From assembly GCF_000150275.1 (NCBI RefSeq), contig NW_002060970.1, forward strand, positions 208,197-272,196: 64,000 nt of DNA, written 5' to 3'. A program made the position numbers and the translations under genes. How positions within the stretch are numbered: position 1 is the stretch's first letter; every line of letters begins with the position of its first letter. Shown piece by piece: positions 14,001-24,819 of the stretch. The notes beneath the pieces are model-generated. The model had not been told where the DNA came from and searched no databases. It was given only the letters and a program-made list of their open reading frames with translations. Origin of the DNA: Trichoplax adhaerens (Eukaryota; Animalia; Placozoa).

Positions 14001-17000
14001 TTTGATATTAACGTATTTTATCATTTTTGGTAAGAGGCGTAACAAGACTTGTAAGCTTCCCAGCGAAACATTATTTTCGTGATGTAAAACGTTTATAGTC
14101 GCAGTCAAGATTTCTTGAGCAAATTTTTCTGCTACCTTACGACCAATTTGCGTGTTTTTCCGAACCTACAAGTACGACAAAACGGCGACGAAAATTGAAT
14201 AGTTACGGTAATATGTATGACTTTGTTTGTTGAAATAGTAAACATTAAATCTATATTCTTTTGTAATTATAGTAAAAATCTTTTGATCGATCTACTTAAA
14301 TGCAAAATGCTTGCTTACTATATAAGTAATCGCTTTAATTGATGTTAAATCATGCGTATAGGCAGCCCCAGCTGAATAATTTGAGTTTGTAGGATCTGCA
14401 AAACCGGGAAAATTATTTGCATGAAAATTCATTCAGTAAATAAAATCAGATGTCTAAAGATCATAAGTTTGATTGTTATTAAATAGACAATAAGTAAATC
14501 CATGCACGACAATTACAGCCGCTGCTGGCAAAAAAAGGTACGCGATGATATGGTAGACAATGGCGAACTATCAATACACAGTAATACTGTCATTATAACG
14601 GATTCCTGCTCCCTCACTATGCATCGCGTGTTGCCATAAACAAATTAAATTAAAGGATATTTACCATAAGGCTTAAAATACAGTTGCTTAAGGCTTTCAT
14701 AACAAACTAAAGGTATTCTAATTCACAATAGCAAACCGCCAGCTTTAGTAAGAGTCAAATAACCAATTTGGTTCGGTAAAGTAAGCAGTACGCATGAATA
14801 GCTTACCAATTGTTAAATTTGATAATGAATTGATTGATGAAGATGGTGATGTCGATGGCTCTGCAAAATAGAATGGCAATGGTATTACTGTAGAACCGAT
14901 TTGAGCTGCTATGCTTAGCGTAGCTATTTTCGCAGAGATTCTGTAAATTTATGCTATAGGTAATAGGATTAGCGTCTGATAATATAATCAATATAGTCGT
15001 TTACAATTGAGTTTCATATTAGAGTACAGCTTACAGCGTTGCGCTGTTCACCGTGACATGTGGCGAAATAGTGCGATTTTATCAATATACTCAAAGTGCA
15101 ATATTTGCTTACTTTTGAAGGGTGTAACTTTGACGCCGGCGGTAAATTTGGTAGTTGCAGCTTGAACACTAGGGCGCGTCGACATCATTCCTTGGGATGT
15201 GGTACTTATTCCACTACTAGATGCAAAAGGGCTTCCTACTGGTGCTTTAGACGTGGTTTTAACCGATTGGGTAGTTGCAATAAGAAGAGTGGTTATTTCT
15301 GTTGTTGTTTTGGGATTAGTTACTAACTCTGTAGCTTGTGCAGTTGTATTCTGCATCAAATCTGAAGAAGTAGTGGCTGTACTAGGTTGTGCAACGCTCG
15401 TATTGGTACCTATGGCAATTAGGGAAGTATTACTTATGATCGTATCGGAAGATGATGTGGATGCTGGTGAAGATGGTTGAGTGGTTTCCGAAGACAGATC
15501 TCCACTTGTAGTTGTAGCTTCTCGTATCGGATCTTTTGTAGAGATAGCAGGTGCCTTAGAAATCACTCCTATATAACAGTGGTCAATTTAATCGTTGTTA
15601 TTACAATCGTCAGCTGCATTCATATCGTCAATATATCATCACGAAAGGGTTATTATCCTATTTCTACCTGTTGTTGCCGGTACACTAGTAGTACTAATTC
15701 GATCTGTTGTAGTTTCTACGCTGATGGAAGAGAGCGTTCCTGTTACGGTTTGATGACTGCCCTGATTGCTGGTTGTTGCTTGTTCTACGGTCGAAGTTGT
15801 AATTAAATCTTCTGTCGTTGCCTCTTTGGCCATGTCAGTTGTAGAGTTGAAGACTGTTGCATGGCTTGCTTCCATGGCAACATCAGTTGTAACCTCTGTT
15901 CCAATTGCATTTGTACTTTGTACTGTCATGGATTGGGTAGCTGTTCCTGCTATTGCGTTGGTTGTATTTGTCTCCGTATTTACTGCTGTTGTTGATCCTG
16001 CAACTGTACTAGCAACTTCTTCTGTCGTGGCATTGCTTGAGGATACATTCGCTGCTTCAGAAGTAGCTGCAGCCATCGTTTCTGTCGTCTCTTGGGTGAT
16101 TTTTTCTCTCGTTATTGCTTCAGTTGTTGCTCCTGTCGCCATTTCAGTCGTTGTATTAGTAGTTGGATAACTTATAGTTTCATTTGTAGGCTGAGTCGTT
16201 GCTTTAGCTGTAGTTTCATCTGTGGTTTCAACTGTAGTCTCTATCGTAGCTCCTGTTGCAGGCTCAGTCGTAGCGTCAGTTATTGCGTTACGTGTGTCAT
16301 CGGTTGACGTATCTATTGTTGCCGTCATTGCAGGTTCAGTAGTTGTTGCTATAGTTGCATCGGTTGTAGTATCCGTTTTCGCATCTGTAGTTGCTTCAGT
16401 TAAAGTGTCAGCTGTGGCCACACTAGTGCCCGCAGATAGAGCTCCATTTGTGACTTCAGCGGTTATTGCAGAGGTTATTTCATTTGTTATTCCAGTTGTT
16501 CCTTCTGCTGTTGTTTCTGATGTGGCTTCAGTTGTGGTTTCAGTCATAGCTTCTGAAGTAGCTTCTGTTGTAGCTTCCGATGTTGCTTCTGTTGTAGCTT
16601 CAGTCGTAGCTTCTGTTGTAGCTTCTGTTGTAGCTTCTGTCGTAGCAACTGTTGTCGCTTCAGTTGTCGCTACGGTTATCGCTTCAGTTGTCACTTCAGT
16701 TGACGCTTCAGTTGTCGCTTCAGTTGTCGCTTCAGTTGTCGCTTCAGTTGTCGCTTCAGTTGTCGCTTCAGTTGTCGCTTCAGTTGTCGTTTCAGTTGTC
16801 GCTTCAGTTGTCGTTTCAGTTGTCGCTTCAGTTGTCGCTTCAGTTGTCGCTTCAGTTGTCGCTTCAGTTGTCGCTTCAGTTGTCGCTTCAGTTGTCGCTT
16901 CGGTTGTCGCTTCGGTTGTCACTTCAGTTGTCGCTTCAGTTGTCGCTTCAGTTGTCGCTTCAGTTGTCGCTTCAGTTGTCGCTTCTGTTGTCGCTTCTGT

Positions 17001-19949
17001 TGTAGTCTCAGTGGTAGCTTGAGTTGTGACGGCCGTCGTAGCTCCAGCATCGTCTATCAATTTTTTAGTTGTACTTATTTAGTTATTTTAAATCGAATAA
17101 TTATAATTAAGGATTGAAAATGGTGTAGCGCTTAGTTGAAAAGATAATTTTTAGCATAGAACTCTATAATATCATAATTATATTCAATTTTCCGCAAATT
17201 GAAAATGCGAGTATATAAATTGTAGTTCATGTTGGACCGCTAAATATTGCATCAATTCATGACCTCACCCTTTAAATCACTATTTGTGGTTAGTCATTTA
17301 CCTACCTACTTCACATATATATCTTAAACTAAAAGAACAGTCCATGTCCCTCCAGTACCAGGTGATGGATGGTATAGTATTACACTGATAAACAACACAT
17401 TTTTGCGACGTAGAAAAAGGAGCCTGGTGCGATGGTGTAGAGTAAAACCAGTCGTTGTATCCGTAGAAGGCGATACTTTTACCTGTTCTTAGCCATTTAT
17501 GACTACTATCCTTATCATCACCGACTACATCTTCGACACCGATATAAGTCCACCACGTATTGGTACCCATGACAGTAGTTGTAATAAAGTCGTTAACCTC
17601 GGATGAATCAATGTAAACCAGGGTCGCTCCAGGTTCTAGGCTATTGCAAGCGTCTTTAGCCATACTAAATGTCTGTGGTGTGTCAACAAATTTAAAGCAA
17701 CGCGACTCATATTTATGCCAACCAACAGGACAACCACCTACTAATATGCAATAAATTAAAAAGTTGACATTGAACGAGCTTTAAGCTATTTTAACTTATG
17801 CGAAATTACTGTTAAGAATGATTTAATCGAAAGAACCATGATATTGATGTTTTTACTGTATGGACATTTCAGTATAGCAATTCTATATTAGCAGTTATCG
17901 TAACGAACTGATGTTAATGAGTTAATTCTGTAAATAAGCTTTCATTATATTATCTATGCGACGATATTATAGCCCCCCCCCCGTATTTAAGGTATTTACG
18001 GCGTGTTATGTGATCGCACTAGTCACTTACTGTACACCTATTCGATAAATTTAGAGTAGTAACGTTACGTTAGATGTAAAATACTTATTTTTCAAGATTA
18101 GACTGAGAATGTATAACGTATAAAATACGTATAGATTACATTACTCTCGCTGCTTGAGGCCTTTGATCTATTTGCTACGCGGCTAACTTGTATCTGTGTT
18201 GTCTCCTAACTCTAACTATTAATAAACGCGGTCTACTCCCGATCATCTAAAATTAGTCTCCATCAAAAATACTTGACGCTAAAGGGTATCTATCAATTTG
18301 CTTACGAGTATCACAGTGCTGTACACTAAACAAATATTGATCTTTGAAGGGAAAATGATCTAAGTTGTGGGTGCTTATTAACAACGGTACGAAATCGATA
18401 TCCACAGTTTTTGTATGGTTAATATACGATGCATTAGTTTTAATGTATCTATACTTTTCCAATAATGTAGAAGCCAATGTCTTTGCCGAATTTTGTGGTA
18501 TACAGTAATATAGAGCAATATCTCACTAGGAAGTTAGATCTACCAGGAAAAAATAAGAGTATCTTGATAATATTTAAAGTTACGAGGAAATACGTATGCT
18601 GTGGCTATTACAATACTTGATTTAAAAAATTAATTTGCAATATCGTTTGTCCCTGAAATTTACACATTGTTTACATTCGGCTAATCCGAAAAAATACTGC
18701 GTAAATAAGTCAGCACAGTATTCTGGAATTTGCGATTTATTTGAATAAAGAAGAATTAGAGACTTATCTATGAAATTTATATCGCTTTGGAAATCGTTAA
18801 AAGGAATTTGTGAGGATATTAGAAGTATGAGTTATGCACTACATTAATATTTTATGGAAAATAACATACCTGCAATAGAACCCCATAGGATTACCTATAA
18901 TGAAGGTGGTAAAGTCTGTAGTTAAATCCTCTATTATTAACGAATAGGGCTTAAGATAAATAAAAAGTAAAAAAATAAGCGAATTATTTTTCATAAATTC
19001 AATTATTTGATGTACAATAGCACGGCTCTGAACAGCGACGGAATTACAAAGTAGGAGTTTTAGGATAATGTCTACAACTGCTTTCAGCACTGATCCAAAA
19101 GTTTATAGTACTAGCTATATTGATCTATAATTTACGTCTACTCTGATATCAGAGAAAAAAATTTCTTTAATTTACGATAGAATCACGTCCTAAGGTTTCA
19201 AATCGAATACGTGATTACAGTAATAAGGTTACTATTCATCAGCAATTTATGCGCAGTATCGTTATATGAAACAAAGTTTCGTTTTCAAGTTATGATAGTC
19301 GAACTTGTTGTTTGAGAGGTTAGCTGATGAAATAGATCAAATCACTTGCAAATTTTATATACAGTACAGCATCTAATGAAATGCTAGAACTAACTTCTCT
19401 TTTAGCTCATAATGCTTTAATTTTGACTGTCAAAAATAGTGAATTCCTAAACTTTCGAAAACCAAAAATGTCACCAATATATAATCTAGATTACAGTAGG
19501 GCATTCGACTTGCTAGTGCTGAATTTGCTTAGAAGAGAGATTATAGGATACTTGTATTAATAGAAGTATGATACAATTTTCATGGTGAAAGTAAAATTAG
19601 ACTAGTTATGCCAATCTGAAAGAAAGTTTGTACAGACGACGACATTTATAACAATGATATCTATAATCGATTCGACCTATTTTATGCTTTCAGTGGTAAA
19701 AAGTATCTTTAGGAGAAAGTAAATGCAAGACATCGTCGCAAGTTTAATACAATATCTCATTAAACTTCTTATTTACGACTATAGGTGTAGTTTTTTTCGG
19801 TTTTTCAATAATTGTTAACAGTTTTAACCACAAATTTATTCTAAATTTAAAAATTTCGTTAGAAAACAAAGTTATAATGTTCTAGCGATTACTTTCATAT
19901 TACTGACCAAAGTACTAACCAGGATTACCCAAAGTGATCGAACTTGCAT
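8027..19949 (-). CDS. Adhesion GPCR-1: signal peptide - C-type lectin-like domain - Thr/Glu/Ala mucin stalk - GAIN/GPS - 7TM (multi-exon)
   Basis: Frame-consistent GT-AG exons: 19949-19920 plus 18894-18870 (MQVRSLWVIL-VILWGSIA, signal peptide); 17737-17306 (CTLD, CPVGW...CF...YIG...C...WRDMDC...YICE); 17053-15668 and 15568-15113 (mucin); GAIN exons ~14395-12015; CSFW (~11870); GPS WSTYGC...CQCNHL/THFALM (~11547-11442). 7TM: TM1 VTYIGTGCSLLC, TM2 ERFIVHKNL, TM3 ATFSWMLVEAIHLY, TM6 VKATAILFPILGVTWIFG, TM7 NSFQG...FHCLLNSEV. Tail exons run to TAA at 8029-8027. First and last exons are less certain than the core. Confidence 0.9.
16530..17010 (-). repeat. Coding 12-bp tandem repeat (plus-strand unit GCTTCAGTTGTC) encoding (TTEA)n, about 40 units
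   Basis: Near-perfect core at ~16705-16980 with degenerate flanks, inside the mucin exon of aGPCR-1. Confidence 0.97.
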
Positions 19950-22900
19950 CAGTCTTGATAGGAGCGAGCATAGAAGATTAAAGTTGAAAAAGCAATTTTA
20001 TTATTTGCCGATTGGGAGTTATACAAAACAGTAAATTAACTATAAGGGGGAAATGGGCATGAATTTAAATGCAACTGAATATACGATTCATCAACTGATT
20101 GTACTTTTGTAGTCCCGTAAATTGCAGTTGATAAACGAAAGGAACCGTCATCAATATTGCATGACTTGGCTCACTTAATAATTCACAAATGTTAAAACAG
20201 TGTAATGCGGGAAATTTTCATTGCAATATGATTACTTAAACGTTTCACTCTAATATACGATTATCATTACTATATGATACTTTATTCTATCAATCTATCC
20301 ATGTTTAGATTACCTTCCGTAATACCATTATTTAAGTAATTGGGACCATGAATCTTTGATGATTTAATTCCTTTATCAACCGATACATTATTTTATTCTA
20401 TGTTGGTATGCTATTAGAAATATCGATTCATTATATTACGAATGAGAATTGCGATACAATACTGATTAAGAATCTTATTATGTCATCCAATAAAAATCGA
20501 TTACTTTCGATGCTTAGTTCAGGATATCTTGATTAATCTTTCATTAATTTCAATTGCATTCAAATCAACTTAAGTACGTTGTTGGGCATTTAGAACGAAA
20601 GCTTTCGTTCAAATCCAGACCGATGCATTCATTATAGGATATTTGAAAGCGTCGGGTGCGTTACTCAATTGTTAAAAAACTGACAGTGTACCAATAAAGA
20701 ATTAATTATAAATTCTGGGAGTAATTTCCGCCTTATTAAAAATTTTAAGAAGGACAATAACTTTGTGTCGGTTATTTGGTGAAGTTCATCGCCTTAATTC
20801 TACTTTTATTTTCAATTATATCATAATAAAATAAGACATTTTTGGATCTGTCGCGATGATTGCAAATGTAAAAGATAATATACGTAAATGCGGCATTTGC
20901 TTCTCAGCGATAGACGATCGAAGCAAATTTTAGTGCAAACGTAAAAAAATGAAAAGCAAATACATAAACGAACTCAATTCTTAATATTGGAGCTTTTACT
21001 TAGTGCTTCCTTTACATGGTATTCATATAAAAGCAAACTGTAACAGCAGAATAGAGTTGACCCGTAAATATAACCCTTCTTAATTACGATAATTTGCCAC
21101 AAAAGCAAGGCAGTGCTAGACATATTTGTTTATTTTATCATTGTTGAATAGATGTGGTCACCTAAGCATCTCTTTCGCATTCTGTTTGCATTTACTTTGA
21201 GTTATTAATAAATGCTACTGCCAGTCCTATACTAGGTATTAACAATACCTTCACTGATCCATGCATTATTACGATCTTGTCTGATTTCTATCAAAGAATA
21301 AATTAAATAAAACACCTTATTTATGATAAATGGATACCAGCATTTCAACGTGTATTGAGCTTTTCCATTTATTCTTTTAATTAATGCGTTTAAACTTTTC
21401 ATTGTTATTGCTTACTTCCAATGTCAATAAAATATGTATACTATAACGGATATTTATCTGTGTTTATAATGACTTAATTCGTTCGAAGTAAACTTTGACT
21501 TTTCAACTAATTTAATGTTGATTAATAAGTTAATAAATAACATTCCAATTGATAATTTACTCGTTATATTAAGGACATATTTATTTAAATTCGGGTTAAC
21601 CAGGTATTATTATTAGCTAGCTATTTCATAAAAATATTTTAATTTCGAACATGAAACTAACTTTGAAAAGAACAGTAGAATACTTAAAAATATTTATTTT
21701 TACTACTGGTTTTAAAGCAAACTGCATAGAATTATGCGCATTGCAGAAAGGTAAAGTGAAAAGTTTAAGTGTATCTAGCACGCAAAGTGTAACGAGCACA
21801 GTTTCTACTAGTATTTACGGCACACATCAGTGTTCTAACAAATACGCTACAATGTTCAATTTCCGAATAAAAAATAGATGGTATAGATATATCATAAATA
21901 TACGATTAACACTGGCATAACGGGCATTTTTTTTAGAAGTTCATTCCAACGGCAGGTATACTAGTAATTATTTTGGAACAAACATTTCATTCATCTAAGT
22001 ATAATATAACAATACTACATAATACAAAATATTGGAAAATTACGAGTTTAAGTATCTCGTATATGTCATACGGTAGCACTGTAGCTTGGCAAAGCTTAAT
22101 CTAGATGACTATCAAGAAATAACGTATTACTTTGTCTTACTAAGTTAAATTCTTAAATGAAGTATCAGTACTGCCTTGGCTCTGCAAGTGCGTACATTTT
22201 TTATCGTATAAATAAGCTTAAAAAGTTTTGCTTTTAAAGGTTGGAATAAATACTATATAAGATGAAACATCAAACTGTTGCGCTATAGGATTCCTTAAAG
22301 GTATACACATTTACGCATTATACAATCTACAGGTTCTATAAACGAACGAACGAACGTGCATTCCTTTATTCGAGTAATGCTCTACAATTAATTATAGTGC
22401 ACAGGTATCCTCTTAATCTAGTGTGAAGATTTATCGTTGAAAATGAGCTCTTGCTCTATTTAGGAAGACTAGCACCCATCACTTATTTAAATGTTGCAGA
22501 TACCAATAATCAAAACGAATGTTGTCCTGAGGCTACAAATTGCTAATAATTATAATTGGCGGCGCCGTAATCATTAGTTCAGCGGTACATAGAACTTGAA
22601 TGCAAATTATTTTTCATAGCTTTAGTGAGATTGTGTTCCGTTATGTTATTTCTTGCTTATAAATTGCGAGCATCAGCAATCCTTACGGTTCATACGACGT
22701 ATGTCTGAAAGAGGTATTACATTTTAAAGTCTGCATAAACCATTACGCTAATGTTCTTGTCTGCGCATATCAAAAATACGCGTAAATTATGTATAATAGC
22801 TAGCAGAAGAAATTAAATTAAATTTAATTATTCCCAATTATTACATTATTTATTGTTCAGCCCACATTCCATAATGTTATTGGAAAGGAAGCATGATGGC

Positions 22901-23217
22901 TTTCATAGATGGACCCGTAATTCCAATTGAATTAAATCATGACATGAATTAATTCCTATTACTGGCAGAATCCTTTACAAATAAACTCTATGACTTTTAA
23001 TCTTATTACAAGCGTTGTGAGATCTTTTAAACGTATTCCCCCATATGGTGAATATGCGTATGTACAGTACCTCTATCGAGATAATAATTAATTAATAATA
23101 GGCGGTCTCGTCAATCATATACTGTATGAGGATTCGATTGTAAGATTAAATAGTTTGGCCGTATATTGATGCTAATTAGGTACTGTCGTCCGTTGTACTT
23201 TGGTAGAACTAATTCAT

Positions 23218-23781
23218 GTACTACAGTAAAGTCTATAAGAAATCGAAGTTCTTATTATATCATTACTGAGATACTTTATCGTAACATTCTTGTTGTAGCC
23301 GTATCATTTCGTAAACACTATAATGTCGCCGACACAATACACAGTAGTCCATTATGAGAATATCTGTGTACATAGTTAGTAATGTATTATAGTGATGGCG
23401 CTAACTTAATTCTCAGTGGTTAACACTGGAATTCATAGTAGAAATCGATTTAAGCGCGTGTGTTTGTAGAATAAATCAGTAGTTGCTCAAGAATGGTGCA
23501 AGACTCGTATAGTGAAGAATAGTGTAATATATTCAGTTATCTATGGAGTTCAGCCGAGAAATTGAGTTGTAGTATATCACTAACATGGGAACTGGAGATA
23601 CTGGGAGAAGTAACCCGAGTTATTATAGTTACACGAGAGATTCTTTACTTCGTTAATTGACGTTTCCTTTGTCACAAGAGAGAGTTGTGGCAGTACTACA
23701 GTAAAGTCGACAAGAAATGGAAGTTGTTATCATATCATTACTGAGACACTTTATCGTCATATTCTTGTTGAAGCTGTATCA
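23218..23781. repeat. Pair of 89-bp direct repeats (23218-23306 and 23693-23781)
   Basis: GTACTACAGTAAAGTC...ATATCATTACTGAGA...ATTCTTGTTG..GC.GTATCA occurs twice, ungapped, with scattered substitutions, 475 bp apart. Confidence 0.85.
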
Positions 23782-24657
23782 CTTACAGTACGACTTTTAA
23801 TCATTCTCTATATCATACTACTTTACAGTATGCTGTATATGTAATTGCTCCATATATAACAGCTACACTGTAGTTCATTAGGGGTATGTAGTAGCTGCAG
23901 CACCATGAACTAGTAGTTTATCCAGGACTACGGTAGTTTTAAAAGCGTGTTACAGTGGCCCGCTGTAACTGAAAAACAATTTTATCGATTGACTGATATA
24001 TTTGTTACGATTCGGAGAGTCTAATCAATAAATAGCTTCGACGAAGCTATCGCCACCACCGTGCACCTGTCCGTTGAAGCTTATATCGGAGACTGCTGTA
24101 ATAAAATATTTGTATCTCCAGTCCTATAGTACTGTACTAGTTTAAGTGTATGTACTAGGGACTCCCTCCATGAAAAAAATAATAATTAATTTCTATCGAT
24201 AGTAATTCTAATGATACTGCAGCTTCCATTTCTGCAAATCGTAGACTACAACGGGTCACTAAGTTTTGCCTGGCACATCTCTCTCTCTTGGCTTTATTAT
24301 TATTATTTATTTTTATCCATAGCAGTATTTACAGAACACGGTTGATTGATTATTCACCTATACAACAGTGGAGTGTGCACGCCGGTACAGTGCAACAACA
24401 GTCGATACGGCAGGCACTTTGCCATTTATTAGGAGAAGAACTCGTCTTCATCAAATTCTTCTCCTTATTTCTTCTACCTGCAATATGTTGCACTTTTCGT
24501 TCTGGACGACTCTAGAAAAGTCGACCATGTTGATGACTGCGACAACGACTGATGACCGATTGACCCGTATTGCTCTTGAACCTGTATTCTGCTCAGATAC
24601 GCACGCGCATACCGGCTTGGAGTTGTCTATCAATGACTGGACACGGCCGATAAACGA

Positions 24658-24676
24658 CGTGGACGAATTTCATTGG
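24658..24676 (-). promoter_or_regulatory. ER-stress response element ERSE-I (CCAAT-N9-CCACG on the minus strand) upstream of CRELD
   Basis: Plus strand reads CGTGG-ACGAATTTC-ATTGG, an exact consensus match with a 9-nt spacer, ending 144 bp before the CRELD ATG in a GC-richer promoter-like region. Confidence 0.75.
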
Positions 24677-24819
24677 CGACTTTGAAGTTCAATAGTCAGT
24701 CGTTTGAGTGAATGCCTTCTTGCCCTGGCAGCTGATTGGTGCATCTCCACTTGTAGATCGTTTGGTGTTGCAGTCGGATAAAGTCAGGTCAAGCGTGTGG
24801 TGACTTCACTCCTACAAAG

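Noticed and set aside
16530-17010. Possible CRISPR-like array
   Set aside because: Contiguous 12-bp coding repeats with no spacers, in eukaryotic DNA with no cas genes. The 45.7-kb array also lacks unique spacers.
15766-17022. Long plus-strand ORFs of VVAS and SLQL repeats (also 15199-15480, and minus-strand 37933-38523 and 38617-38898)
   Set aside because: These are antisense shadows of Thr/Ser-rich mucin exons, whose repeat codons lack stops on the opposite strand.
24288-24685. Short ORFs on both strands in the GC-richer region upstream of CRELD
   Set aside because: No recognisable domain or linked coding exons. Better explained as promoter sequence, though a non-coding divergent exon cannot be excluded.
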